From NCBI GenBank assembly GCA_031835245.2, contig JAVKOQ020000007.1, positions 186,001-250,000 of the forward strand: a stretch of DNA of 64,000 bases, read 5' to 3'. The position numbers and the translations under genes were made by a program. Every line of letters begins with the position of its first letter. The stretch's first letter is position 1. Under the pieces are notes generated by a model. The model worked only from the letters and a program-made list of their open reading frames with translations. It was not told the origin of the DNA and searched no databases. Positions 36,897 through 49,847 of this stretch are shown in pieces. The DNA comes from Balamuthia mandrillaris (lineage: Eukaryota).

Positions 36897-39248
36897 TCAA
36901 ATCTCATCCGTTAGGATCCAGGAAAGACTCTTCGGACTGTCGGATCGCGAAACTTTCTTTTTGGCCGCAGAGGAGGAGGAAGAAGACTTGGAGACCTCTT
37001 TTTCTCTGCCTGCTATCAATGATTGGGTTCCTCTCTCTGATAGTGCCCTCTCAGTGCTTTGTTTCTTTGTGGTGGAAGTTTTGGAGCCGTCGGAATCGGC
37101 CAGCAGTTGTACCTTCTTCTTGTGTCTCGATGGCTTGTATTCCAAATCGTCCTCTTCTGCTGTTTTCATAAAGAAGGAGAGTAAAGTAGAGAGAGAGAGA
37201 GAGAGAGAGAAAGAGAAAGAGCAGCATGAGATACCTTCAGGAAACAAACGAACGCAAAAGAACCGGAAACCATGAAAAGAGATACCTTTACCAGAGGCGC
37301 TTCTAGGAGTAGTAGACTTGTGACTAGACCTCTCTTTCTTCGATGATGACGATGACGAGGAAGAAGAAGAAGATGACGATGAAGAAGAGGAACTAGAATG
37401 ATCAATGCTATATTTCTTCCTTGTAGACGAAGATGAAGCCGAAGAAGAAGATGTTGAGCCAGTTGAGGCAGCTCTTTCTTTTGGAGGAGGCTCCTTGATG
37501 CTAACAGCAGCCTGCGGGGCAGCCGCGGGAGGCGCCCCAGGGGCAGCAATAGTAGTTGCAACGCCTGCCTTTGCTGCTTGTATGATAGCTTGAGCTTGCT
37601 CTAAGGCCAGTTTGCGCGCCTCCTCTTCAGCCGCTTCTATTCTACCTGCTTCCTCAAACATCTTATCCAACCGCGGAAGAATGTCCGTCGCAAAGTGAGG
37701 CCTGTAATATGCAACGGGAAAAATCATAGGTAAGCTCAGAGAAAAAAATACAAGCACAAAAAAGCCAAGAAAGACGAGAGAACCGTTTAGCAGGGTCTTG
37801 CTGCCAACAATCCTCCATCATTTTCCTGTATTCAGGATCAGGACAGTCAGCTGGAACCTCTGGTCTTTCCCCTCTCGACAACGACTTGATGATTTGAAAC
37901 GAGGTCAAGCCTTCGAACGGAAACTTGCCCGTAATGGCCTCCCAGCACACCATGCCAAAAGCATATATGTCGGCCGCTTTGGTGGCTTTGCCTCCATCCA
38001 GAAGTTCTGGAGCGGTCCAGTTCAATGTGCCGACATTCGTCACTGTTGCTACTTGACGGCCTTTGGTTGCTTCTTTGGAGATACCAAAGTCGCAAACTTT
38101 TGCTTTGTAATGGTCGTCAATCTATATACCGCACAGAACAAAGGCAATAACAAAGAAAAAGGAAGGAAGGAGTAAGCGACTCAGAAAGGAAGGAAGGATT
38201 GGAGAAGGAGACGGGGACGAGGCCGAGAGCTAACCAAAACGTTGAGCGACTTCAAGTCTCTGTGTAAGATGACAGGGCGGCTTTCATGAAGATAGCACAT
38301 GCCTCTGGCTATATCCCTGACCAACTGGATCGTTTTCTTCCAGGACAGTTTCTGTTTGTTGACCACATCGTGAAGGTTTCCGTTCGGCACAAACTCGGTG
38401 ATGAAGAATACATCGTTTGGCTGCAAACATGCTCCCAAAAACAAGACAATGTTTGGGTGCCGAAGTTCACTTGTTTTAGCGGGAAGGAGAAGGGAAGAGA
38501 GGTTTAGATGAAGCGTTATCAGCGAGATGAGAAAGATACAGAAAAGCCAAAAGAAAACAGGGGAAGATGATTAAAAACAAAAAGAAAAACAGCGAACACA
38601 AAGGAAAATACAATAACAGAGAGGGATTAAAAGGTGGCAGTTTAAAGATACCTCATCATGTCTATCTCTTGTTTGAAATTGTTGAGAGATGCTTCATCAT
38701 CGCACAACAAGACTTTAATAGCAACCGTGATGCCTCGCCACAACCTTTTTGTTAAAAGGTTAAACCTTCCCCTTAACATATTCTAATGCAAAGAATGAGA
38801 ACACAGGAGAATCAAGGACGTACCCCTTATAAACCGCTCCAAAGCCTCCTTGACCGAGCTTCTCTCCCGTCTTCTGTATTTCGGTCGGCAATATCTCCCA
38901 TTTTGGCGAAGTACGATGTGGCTCGTGGCTGGAGGATGAGGAGGAAGAAGAGGATGGAGGCTGGGGAGCGGAGGAGGCGCGTTTCTCTGACTCGCTCGGG
39001 GGAGTGTTGTTGTTGCTGTGCTGGATTTCTATTTCGTTGCCCGTGGTGGCAAACTTTGGAGGGCCTTCCTCCACTATTGTGAGGCTGGCTCGGTTGTTGT
39101 CTCTGCTGCGGCTGACTCTGTCGGATTTGCTGGTTTCTTTTCTCTCGCGATGTCGCTCCGAGCTGCGCCGCGAGGAGGTATGATCGCCGCTTGCACGTCG
39201 TTCGTCTCTGACTTTGCTCGACTTTCTTGCTTCTTTTCTATCTCCCAT
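36897..39248 (-). CDS. TKL-group (Raf/MAP3K-like) protein kinase, multi-exon
   Basis: LGQGGFGAVYKG, VAIK, HRDLKSLN, DFG, GTLNWTAPE, DIYAFG. Confidence 0.95.
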
Positions 39249-39548
39249 CTTTCCTTCCTGAAGAAAACCTAACAAAAAACAAAAAACTTTTAGTCCAACA
39301 AGCAACCCTTTGAACAATGTAAAAAATAAACAGCTGGTTTCTTCTTCTTCTTCCCTCTTTTTCTTTTAGACCCCCTCCTTGGATATTATGTGTACACACC
39401 GCTAAAAGGCGGTTGTGAAAAACAAGTTCTCGAAACGACGTACCTTTTCCTTATTTAAACAGGAATGCCGTTTCTCCATTGGTCTGTTTTTTTTGTTTAG
39501 CCGAAACAACCAACACTCTGCTTTGTTTTTTTGGTTTTGCCTTGCAGC

Positions 39549-39601
<53 letters not shown>

Positions 39602-39807
39602 GTAACCACTTGAAACGAGGAACGTTTTGTGATCACATTCACAAACGTGACCAAAAGAGAGCAACGAAGCAACGGAGCAAAAACGAGACAAGATACGACC
39701 TTCCTGTCTTCGTCTAGTGTTTCTCTTGATCCCCCCTCTCTGCTCTCTCCTCTCTGCCTTCCTGCCTCGTTGTCGCACGTTATTTTTTTTTATTTTTGTG
39801 TTTCAGG

Positions 39808-41476
39808 TCAGGTCCAGGGTTGGAGGCCGATCAGTTTCTTCCCCAAGTCTGAGAGAGGTAAGGCTGCATAGTCCACCGCATCGGGATACTTTCGCATGAT
39901 TCTTCTTGGGGCGTATTTGTCCCGTTCTTCACATTCTTCTGTTGCTGGCAGCATTCTTCACAGAGAACAAATAAGAATGTACGAAAAAGAAACGAAAAGG
40001 GATGAAAGTAGAAGAGCGAGCGAGCGAGAGAGAGAGAGCGAGAGAGAGAGCTTGAGAAACTAACCTAACGAATTGGTATAGTCTCATCTTTGAGGAACGA
40101 TTGGCAGATGCAGAGTGGGCAGACCCCGCATCCCATATCAACATCTCACCTTTCCTGTTGTCCATCCAATAAGTCAGAGGCACCAACAACGAAAACAACA
40201 TGTGTCGGTTCAACGTTTGATAGTTTCAACAGTTCGCTTACCTCAACGGAATGTGCTGGGCATACCGTTGCATGGGGTGATCCTCTGGAACGTTGATCTG
40301 CACCCAGCGGCGGTGCGGCGCGGCGTTCTCCCTTACAAACGTGGGCAGGAACGCTGCGCTTCCTGGAACCACCATGGTGCAGCCCACCTCTGTGGGGCCG
40401 TCCTCCAAAGCGATGAGGCCCTGATACATCGGTGGCAGCGGCGGACTCTGATCAAGGCTGTCGACGTAGACCCATGGGTTTAGATCCCAGTGCAACTTGA
40501 GGTCCCATCCCCATTCCGGCTTGTCGACGAGCGTTGAGGTTCCTGTTATAAGGGGAGAAGCAACGAAGCATGTAAATAAAGACGCAGAGCAGGACGAAGA
40601 AGGAAGAAGGAGGACCAAAGACCAAAGAACAACAACAAGACAAAGCAACCAGCAACTATAAGGACGAACCATCCTCATGACGCCAAGGTAGAGCAGTGGT
40701 TCCACGAGCAACGCCCCACTTGTCGATAGAGCACCACAACTGCTCCCTTCCCTCGTAAATGCTGCAAAATGTCTTGTAAACGTTCTCGCTGGTCCTGTTC
40801 TCAAACGCTTTCGCTGCAAACGTCGGAGCATCGAACAGGAACTTTCTTCCGCTGGGCCAACGTTTGGTTTGCCATGTTGTTGGGTCGTCCTTTTCGACTT
40901 TCTCTTCTTCCTCTTCTTCTTTCTGTTGCTCTCCTTTTGGCTTTTGAGGTTGAAGCCGCTTCGTTCGGTAGAGATGGTTTACGTCGAGGAAGAGGGCGTC
41001 CACCGTTTCGCGGCATTCTTCGGCGGAGAGCACTCGCACGATGCAAAAGCCGTACTTTCGGAGCATGGCCAGGTACTCTTGGCTTTCCTCCGGCTCGAAC
41101 GAACGCAGGTAACCTGTTCATAAACACGAAACGAAAGGCGTGAGCGTTTAGCCGCGAGTCACGGAGGATGAGGGGGAAGAGACGAACGATGCAAGAGAAG
41201 ATAACCACAAAGAGAAGTGAATGACGACTAGAAGAGCAGAGCAAGCCGGAAAGGAAAAGAGAACGACGGAGAGAGGGAAAAGAGAACGACGGAGAGAGGG
41301 AAAAGGGAACCATCGGGAGAAGAAGGGTAAGGCTCAAAGAGCTGCTTCCATTGCTCCTCCGTTCGCTGCGGGGCCGCTTCGACGCTCGCCGCCTTCTTGC
41401 CCTTCCGTTTGTTCTTCCTGTTGTAGCCATAGCTTCGGCTCTTTTGCTGTTTCTTCTTCGTTGCATTGTTTTGCAT
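39808..41476 (-). CDS. PhyH-like Fe(II)/2-oxoglutarate dioxygenase, multi-exon
   Basis: LRKYGFCIV, LHWDLNPW (HxD), YQGLIAL, VVPGS, GEMLIWD...HS...NRS...R. Confidence 0.82.
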
Positions 41477-41750
41477 TCTCTTCTCTTCTCTTCCTTTTCG
41501 TTTCTTTTTCTTTCTTTCTTTCTTTCTTGCTTAAAAGCTATAAGAAGAGCGTTACAGGAAGGCTCTTCGCAGAAAAATAATAATAAAAAAAAGAAAAAGA
41601 AAAGAGATAACAACACTGTTTTGTTCGAAAACAATGGAACAGAAGAAGACGAAGACCAAGGAGAAGAAGAACAAGAAGAAGAAGAAGAAGAAAGAGAAAG
41701 AAGGGAAAAGCTCCACAAACAATTACAAACGAAAACAAAACCAACTCCCA

Positions 41751-43710
41751 ATGCAACACTCTTCTTCCTCTTCCTCTTCCTCTTCCTCTTCTCCTCCTTC
41801 CTCTTCTCCTCCCTCTACTCCCTCTTCTTCTTCCTCTTCTCCTTCCTCTACATCAAACAAGTCCAAAAGGAGAGAAACGAAGAAACGAAAAAAGAACACC
41901 ACGGAACAAGAACAAGAAGAACAAGAAGAGCGCAGCAGGGCGAACGACCCGAACGCTGCCGAGCAAGCCGTCCGCTCGCTTTGCGCGGAGGGGGACTGCT
42001 TCTCCGCCCTCGCCCTTTGCACGGAGGCCCTGCAGCGCTGGCCGCAGCGGCGGCGGACGTTCTTGGCGCTGCGGTGCGAGCTGCGCCTCCGCTTGAGGCA
42101 GTTCGAGAGGGCGGTGGAGGACGGCTTGGCCTTGACCACGGGAGAAGAGGAGGAGGAGGAGAAGAGCGAGGGTGGAAGCGGAAGAAGGAGCAGGTATTAT
42201 GTGTTGCTTGGAAAGGCTTACATTGGTCTTGCTCAACAGGTTCTTCTTCTTCTTCTTCTTCTTCTTCTTCTTCTTCTTCTTCTTCTTTCTTCTTCTTCTT
42301 GTTCTTGTTCTTCTTGTTCTTCTTCTAATACTTTTTTTTGAATGTTGATGAAGAGGGAACAAGAAAAGCCGTATGTGGTACCAGCAAGAAAAGGCTCAAC
42401 TGAAAACACACGCCTCTGCCTATATCAACAAGCATTTGACACGTTGGCTGCTGGCAAACAAGTTTGGTTCCTTCTCCTTCTTGTTCTTCTTCTTGTTCTT
42501 CTTCTTCTTCTTCTTCTTCTTCTTCTTCTTCTTGTTTCTGCTTCTCCGTCTCCGTCTCCGTCTCCATCTTCTTCTTGTTTCTTCTCCTCCTTGGTCTCCT
42601 CATCTTGTTGTTCTTCTACATCTTCTTCTCCTTCTTCTCCTCCTCCCTGTTCCTCTTTTTCCTTTTCTTCTTCTTGTTCTTCTTCTTCTTGTTCTTCTTG
42701 TTCTTCTGCTTATCATTCAGCTGACCAACTGAGCAACACCCAGTTATATCCCGATTGCAAAGAGATAGCAGAGGTGCTAGAGGCCAGCAAATGCATTCGA
42801 AAGTTGGACTTTATGACGAATCTCCCAGAAGAGGTGACCGTCCTCATCTTCTCCTACCTTCGGGAAAAGCATTTGAAGGCCGTCTCCTTGGTGTGCCGTC
42901 GTTGGTACCAGTTGTCGTGTGATGACCTCTTGTGGAAGCGCGTTCTAGACGCCAAACTTGCACTTCGTGCTACCACCATTTGTCCTGACGGTAACGCTTT
43001 CTCCTTCTTTCCTTGTTGTTGCTTTCTTTTCATGCTTTCTTTCTTGACGTTTCCTTCCCTTCCTCTCCTTCCTCGTGTCCTTTTGCTGTTAACTTACAAA
43101 CGCTCAAACAGGCTTTCCGTCCGTAAAAGCTTATCTCAAAGCAGTATGTCAGCAATGGTACATCATCGACACCATTCGCCTCCACTTTGCCAACCGGTCT
43201 CATTTCATCGAAGAGATGCAACTCTCCTCTGTCATCCAGCTTTACAACGACCGACAGCAACACCATCACTTTCTCCCTCTTCTTCGTTTGCTGCAAGGGG
43301 TCTTTTGCGAAGCCGTTCGTTTGAGCTATCCCTCTTACTCGCCCAACACCACAAACGCCCGTTGGATGCAAGTATCCAGCAAAGCTGCCGAGACTTTGTT
43401 GTTCAACCTCGTTCAATGTCAGGAAACTGTTCAGGAAATCCTTTACTGCATGCGTCTTGCTGCTTCTTCTTCTTCGTCTTCTTCCTCGTCTTCTCCTTCG
43501 TCTTCGTCGCCAAAGAGGAAAGGAGCAAATGAAGAGGGAATGGAACCATTATGTTTCTTCTTGAACGTGAAATCGTTTGGGGGCTGGGAGAAGTACGTGA
43601 TGTTTGTTTGCATCGGCTTTGTGTTGTTCACGTCGGTCGGCAGGACATCTGCCGTTCCTCCTGAACAAATCCTTTGGGAGTATTCTCCTTCGCAGGATCA
43701 AGAATTATAA
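41751..43710 (+). CDS. TPR-like plus F-box protein, multi-exon (start 41751 or 41634)
   Basis: TPR-like ALALCTEALQRWP...RQFERAVEDG; F-box DFMTNLPEEVTVLIFSYL...VSLVCRRWYQLSCDDLLWK. Confidence 0.85.
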
Positions 43711-43789
43711 GTATCCTGATTCATTCTTGCATTGCTTGTCTTCTGCTTCTGCTTCTTGTTCTTGTTCTTGTTCTTCTTCTTGTTCTCGT

Positions 43790-43992
43790 TCTTCTTCTTC
43801 TTGTTCTTCTTCTCCTTGGTCTTCGTCTTCTTCTGTTCCATTTTTTAAAAAGTGTTTTTGTCTCTCTTTTTTTGTTTTCTCTATGAGAAGAAGAAGAATG
43901 AAGAAGAAGAAGAAGAAAGAGAAAGAAGGGACAAGCTCCACAAACAATTACAAACGAAAACACAAACCAACTCCCAATGCAACATTCTTCTC
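43790..43992. repeat. Rearranged copy of 41600-41770: first part inverted (~43790-43870), second part direct (~43900-43992)
   Basis: Reverse complement of 43790-43842 matches aatggaacagaagaagacgaagaccaaggagaagaag (41633 on); 43900-43992 matches ...agctccacaaacaattacaaacgaaaac...ccaactcccaatgcaaca (41680-41765). Confidence 0.9.
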
Positions 43993-44174
43993 CTTCCTCC
44001 TTCCTCTTCTCCTTTATGAGTGTGACATCAGCATTCTACATATTTGTGTAAAGCTGACGTAAAGAACATTTCAATATATCCCGAGTTTCCCGAATAATTA
44101 TCGAAAAAGGCGAATAAATGATTTATATCCAACAAATTTTTGTAAATAAAAAAAAGTTCGAAAAAGAAAGAAAG

Positions 44175-44494
44175 ATGCAAAGCAGCAGGGTGAGTTTAGG
44201 CGGTGCAGCGCGTTCCTCTTCCGCTGCGTTGGGTCTTCGTCGTGCCACTGCGGGTTGGAGGGCCTCGTGCTTGAGAAGGGCTGCTGTTCCTGCCTATTGT
44301 TCTTCTTCCCGCAGTCTTTTCGTTCTGGCTAAAGCCTCGGGCATGGGTGCTGCTCACCGCTTGTCCCCCTTCGTTGCTGCTCGACGTAAGCGATCTCTTG
44401 TCTCTTCTCTCTCTCTCTCTCTCTCTGCGTTAGTTGTTGCAAAGCAAATATTTAATTGTTCCTCTCTTTTCCTCGTTCTCTCCCTTCGCTTCTC

Positions 44495-44540
<46 letters not shown>

Positions 44541-45782
44541 ACTCACATTCTCACTACTCTCTGCTCTCTCTGTTTACAGACTATGCGACTGAACAGGCTG
44601 CTGCATCTTCTGCCACAGGTAACTTCTTCTGCCTTTTCTCTCCTGCTTTCCTCGTCCTCTTTCTTCTTGCTCTCCTCTCACCGACAAAACAAACAAAAAC
44701 AAAACAAAATAGGCCAAAGTTACAACAACATAGTGGTTGAAAAGAAGGAAAACAGAGTGGCCGTCATCACGCTGAACCGCCCCAAAGCCCTCAACGCGCT
44801 CTGCAACGACCTCATCGAGGAGCTCAACGATGCCGTCCACCAGTTGGACCACGACCGCGAGGTCGGCTGCATCGTGCTCACCGGCAGCACGCCCAAGGCC
44901 TTCGCCGCCGGCGCCGACATCAAGGAGATGGCCGAAAAGAGCTTCATGGAGGTCTACCGCACCAACATGTTCGCCACCTGGGACCTCATCACCAAGGCCA
45001 AGAAGCCGATCATTGCCGCCGTCAATGGCTACGCGCTCGGCGGCGGCTGCGAGCTGGCCATGATGTGCGACTTTATCATCGCCGGAGAGGGGGCCACCTT
45101 TGGCCAGCCGGAGATCAAGTTGGGAACCATCCCTGGCGTGGGCGGCACCCAAAGGCTCACGAGGGCCGTCGGCAAGGCCAAGGCCATGGAGTTGATCTTG
45201 ACTGGCGACTTTATGAATGCTCGTGAGGCTGAGAAAGCAGGTTCGCTTAGTCTCGTTTGTCTGTTTGTTTGTGATGACCAGTGTATTGACTTTTGCATGA
45301 AATCAAGGACTGGTGAGCAGAGTGGTACCTGATGATAAGCTTTTGGATACAGCCCTCCAAACTGCTGCCAAGATTGCCTCTTACTCCCAGCCCATCGGTT
45401 CCTTCTTCCTCTTCATTTCTTTTCTTTACTCTGTGCACCTTTCCTCTTTTCTTTTCGTTTCTTCTTCTGGCAACTGTCCTTTTGGTTCTAAAAAACCATT
45501 TCTTGCTTTTGTAAAACCAAAAAAGTGGCGATGGCGAAAGAGTGCGTAAACCAAGCCTATGAATCAACACTCACGGAGGGCGTTCACTTCGAGCGAAGAA
45601 TGTTCCACAGCACATTTGCCACCGTACGTTTCTTCTTTCGTTTCGTTGCTCATTCTTTCTTGTATCTTGCTTTCTTTGTTTCTAAGGTATTTTTTTCAAA
45701 ACAATCAAACCAGAACGATCAAAAGGAAGGCATGAAAGCTTTCGTTGAAAAGAGAAAAGATGTGAAATGGACACATGACTAA
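44175..45782 (+). CDS. ECHS1: Mitochondrial short-chain enoyl-CoA hydratase, multi-exon
   Basis: Arg/Ala/Ser-rich presequence; [65 protein letters not shown]. Confidence 0.96.
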
Positions 45783-46268
45783 AAACCCAACAAACATCTT
45801 CCGTTTCTTTACGTCCTTTCTTGTTGTTTCGTTCTTGTTTTTGGTTTCTCTTTCTTTTTGGCTGGCGACGATCTTTTGTTTGTTTAAACAAACAGAACAT
45901 CGGAAGCGTTACTAACGAAAAACAGAGTGGCGATTGGCTAATAATTACCACAGCAACAGAATATGAATTATCTCATAATTAATTACCGCCTTTCTCTATT
46001 GGTGGAATATTAAGCCATTTGCGGTACTATGGGCTACCAGGCACCCCCGACCCCGACATTACCTACCATTACTGCAGATACATTGTTGGCTCGAAAGGTT
46101 TTTGTTTTACTTTTTTGTTGTTGTTGTGCAAAGTGAACAGGAAAAAAAACAGTAAAGAGGTACACTCCAGCCTGGTTCCGTTTTTCGCCGAAGGAAGGCA
46201 GAAGAGAATCGCTTGGGTCTCTCTTTTAGCCATTTTGTTGGAACGTTTCTACCCGTATAACGCGTAAC

Positions 46269-49200
46269 ATGACCAGAGACAAAGCACAACAGGCGAAAGG
46301 GAATGAAGAGAACGACGGAACCAGTTGCTCGAAAGAGGAGGCCTTTCGTCGAGCTGCTCGGCTCGTGATGTTCTCCAAAAGAACTGGTTTGTTTCTCTCG
46401 TTTTGTTGTTTTATTTTGTTGTGAGCTCAATGTTTTTATTTCTTTTCTTTTACAAGATGAACAAAAGGCTTTTCTTCTCAGCCTTCCTGACTATGAAACG
46501 CCCGAAATCACTCTTTGTGAGTTTTGGATTTCTGAGTACGCCTCTTTCTCCTCTTTCTTTTGTACTTTATTTCCTTCTTTATGAGTAACAACCCTTCTTT
46601 CAACTGTCCTTAAAATAAAGGTATAAAGGTACAAAACAAGAAGACTGTGATCAACCAAAAGCGCTTAAACTCCTTGGCATCAAAGCAAGTGGAAGTAACA
46701 CTAGTTCCGATGAATCGCAGTATGTTTCTTTTCGTTCCTTTCTTGTTCGTTTTCAGTTTCCTCTCGTTCTTAACCTTAAAAAATAGATTACGTGAATTTT
46801 TGCACGAATGGATCAAAGAGTTTCCAGTTGACGTTCCTCCTCACTATCATACCCGTTTTCTTGAGCTTCTAGGCAAAGACAAGAAAAGTGGTGGCATCGT
46901 CAACGAGTTCAAGTTGCTCTTCCTCAAAAACAAGAAGAACACCAAAAACTTTATACAAGCGACCAACTCTCGCGTTCGCGCCGTTACAGTGGCTTCTACC
47001 GAAAAAGCGTTTTCTCATAGCGGCTCTTTTCCATCCCACAAAACGTGGAAGACAAAGCGGAAACAGCAGAAAGAAACCGGAAGGCATAGCGCCAACAACT
47101 CTCTCAAGAACAACAGAAAAGACAAATTGGTGAGAGAAGAAGTGGCGCTCACTTCGAGCGATGATGACTTTAGTGAGGAGCAGTATGCAGAGTTTAAGAG
47201 AACAAGCTCGTTTAGCAGAGGCTTGGCTACTGGATTTAGCTGGGAAGTTCAATCAAGTTCGTATCCTCTATTGTTGTTCTTGTTCTTCTTCGCTTTCGCC
47301 TTTTTTTGCTTCCTCTTCCTGGGACTGACTTTCCCTAACTTCATCTCCAAGCCCACTCGATAGCAAAAGACATGACAATGTTGGAATGGGAGTTGTTCTC
47401 AGCAGTGGAGCCGAGAGAGTTCTTAAACCACGCTTGGCAAAAGGATGACAAACAGAAACGAGCTCCAAATATTTGCAAGCTCATAGATCACTTCAATCAT
47501 GTCAGCTATTGGGTGGCCACTCAAATTCTTACCAAAGGGAACAAGGTTTCTTTCTTGTCTTTCTTGTGGAACGTTTCGTTTACTTTTCTCCTCTATATCC
47601 CCTGACGATATTTTTTTTCTTCACAAATTGCAAAAAACGAAGGACAAAGCGAGTCTACTGAAACGATTTATAAAGATAGCATTCTGTTGTCTCAACTTAG
47701 GCAACTTTAACACAATGATGCAAATCCTAAGTGCATTAGCTTCTAGTCCTATCTATCGCTTAGAGGTATACTTTCCTTCTCTTTTGTTGTCACTTTCACC
47801 TTTATTTTCTCCTTTCTATCCTCTTTATTTTTTGATTGGTTCCTTTATTCTGGTCACTTGTTCCTTCTCTAGTATTCTGTTTTTTCTCACGACCACAAAA
47901 AAAAGGATGCATGGAAAAAGCTAGGAACAAAGCCTTTAACAGTCTACGCACAAATGCAAGACACAATGGACCCCAACCACAACTATCGCAACTACAGCAG
48001 CGCTCTTCAGAAGCGAATTGCAGCTCAAGAGCCGTGCATACCTTACTTTGGTTTGTACCTTCGCAACTTCACCTTCATAGATGACGCCAATCCAAAGTAC
48101 AATCACGATGGTACCATAAATAATAAGTTGTTGCAGCAACGTTGGAACCAAATTGTTGAGATCAAACAATTGCAGAACATTCCTTTCAATATTGTTCGGT
48201 AAGTTTCTTTCTCTGCTCTTTACCATCTCTCTTCTTTATCTCTTCTCGTTTCTCTTTCTTTTTCGTTTTCGTTTTGTTATTTTCTTGCTTTTTTTGTATC
48301 TTTATCTCCAGTTTTTGACGTTCTCCCTCTCAAAACTAAGTAATCCATTGGCTGTCAACTTCTATCGCTCTTTGGAGTACATCGAGGATCAAGACATCCT
48401 CTACGCTCTCTCCACAACCGCCTATCCTCGTCGCAAGAACAACAGCTCTTCTGACGGCTCTCGCGGTAAGTCCAGTGGAGGAGGTGGCTCCAAGATACGA
48501 GACAAGATACGAAATGGAAACACTTTTGGCCGAAGTCAAAACAAGAAAGATTCAAAGAAGAAAGAGGAAGTGCCCACTCTCTTCCTCAATCCGTTGTTAA
48601 ACTTGAAGAACACCAACAGTGGAGCAGCAAGTTCAGGAGCCGAAGAAGCTGATACCGACTCCTCTTACTCCCCTCGAACGGATGCTTGGGAGGAGGAAGA
48701 AGGAAGCTTAAGCACACCACGAACGCCTAGAACGCCTAGTGGCAGAAGAAGTCGACGGAACAGCGATGCTGATCAAGTGTTGTTGAAGGAGAGGAACAAG
48801 ATAATGATGCTGGGAAGCAACAACAGCAGTCCTTCTTCTTCCATTCGCATCAAGTCCTCTGCCTCATCTCCTTCCATCCGAACAGCCGCAGAGAGGGAAA
48901 TAGATCCCACAACCGCAAATAAAAGCGAGAAAGAAGGGAGTGACGTTGTTGATGCAGAAAAACGGGAGGATGACAAAGAATTGAAGCGACAGTTGAGCAA
49001 AACAGCGCTGAACCAACAGAAGAGAAGATCGGTAATGGTGAGCTTGGCGTGGATGAACGAAGGACTGGTCAAACAGGCCCAACTGGCTCAAGACATCATT
49101 GAAGCTCATGCTGAACGGATGTTGACTCCGCGAACTCCGCGAACCCCTGGAAGGAGAGTATCTGCCAACTTGAACAGCTATTCCTCTTCTTTGAATACGA

Positions 49201-49697
49201 TTGTTCACAGCAACAAAACTGCTTCCTCTCCTCCTTTGACTTCTACTCCTCCGGAGGAGAAGGAAAAAGAAAAAGAGGAAAAACAGGAACAAGACGAAAC
49301 CGTCCGGCCTGTTGCCAGCGTATTGGAAGAAGAGACTTCAGCCAAGGAAAAGGGGAAAGAAAAAGAAGACGATGCAAGCGAAGAGACAGAAGATAGCAAC
49401 AAACAAGATGATGAGGAGGAAGAAGACGAGGACGACGAAGAATGGGCGCTCATGCAAGAGCTGGCTCAACAAAGAGAAGAATGGCTGCGAGAGGAAGAAG
49501 CCAAAGCAATGCTTCGCGCTTTCTCCTCCGATGAACAAGAAGAAGACGAAGAAGCGCAATCACTCCGCCAACAAGCCAAAGCAAAGGAAAACGACGAAGA
49601 CGCCATCTTTCATTTGGAGCACCCCACTTCTTCTGCTGTTGAAGATCAACAAACTGCCACCTCTGTCCCTGACGCCAGAGAAGAGAGCGTCTTGTGA
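46269..49697 (+). CDS. RasGEF (REM plus CDC25 domain) with long disordered acidic C-terminus; start approximate
   Basis: APNICKLIDHFNHVSYWVATQIL, GNFNTMMQILSAL, PCIPYFGLYLRNFTFIDDANP. Confidence 0.92.
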
Positions 49698-49847
49698 TTG
49701 CGCCATTCCGTATTTTTATCTCTCTCTTCTTTTGTTTATTCCGATTTTGTAAATCCATTCCAAAAAAAAAAGTTGAGTGTATTGTAATTCTTTCACACTG
49801 CGTTGTTTTTTTCATCTTCATGAAAAAAAAAATGCCCACACGTTCAC

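Noticed and set aside
41351..42328. 325-aa plus-strand and 316-aa minus-strand ORFs
   Set aside because: Low-complexity alternative frames overlapping the dioxygenase and F-box 5' ends
30339..49697. Rho, RhoGEF, TKL kinase and RasGEF as a signalling gene cluster
   Set aside because: These are large families in amoeboid genomes, interspersed with unrelated genes; co-location is unremarkable
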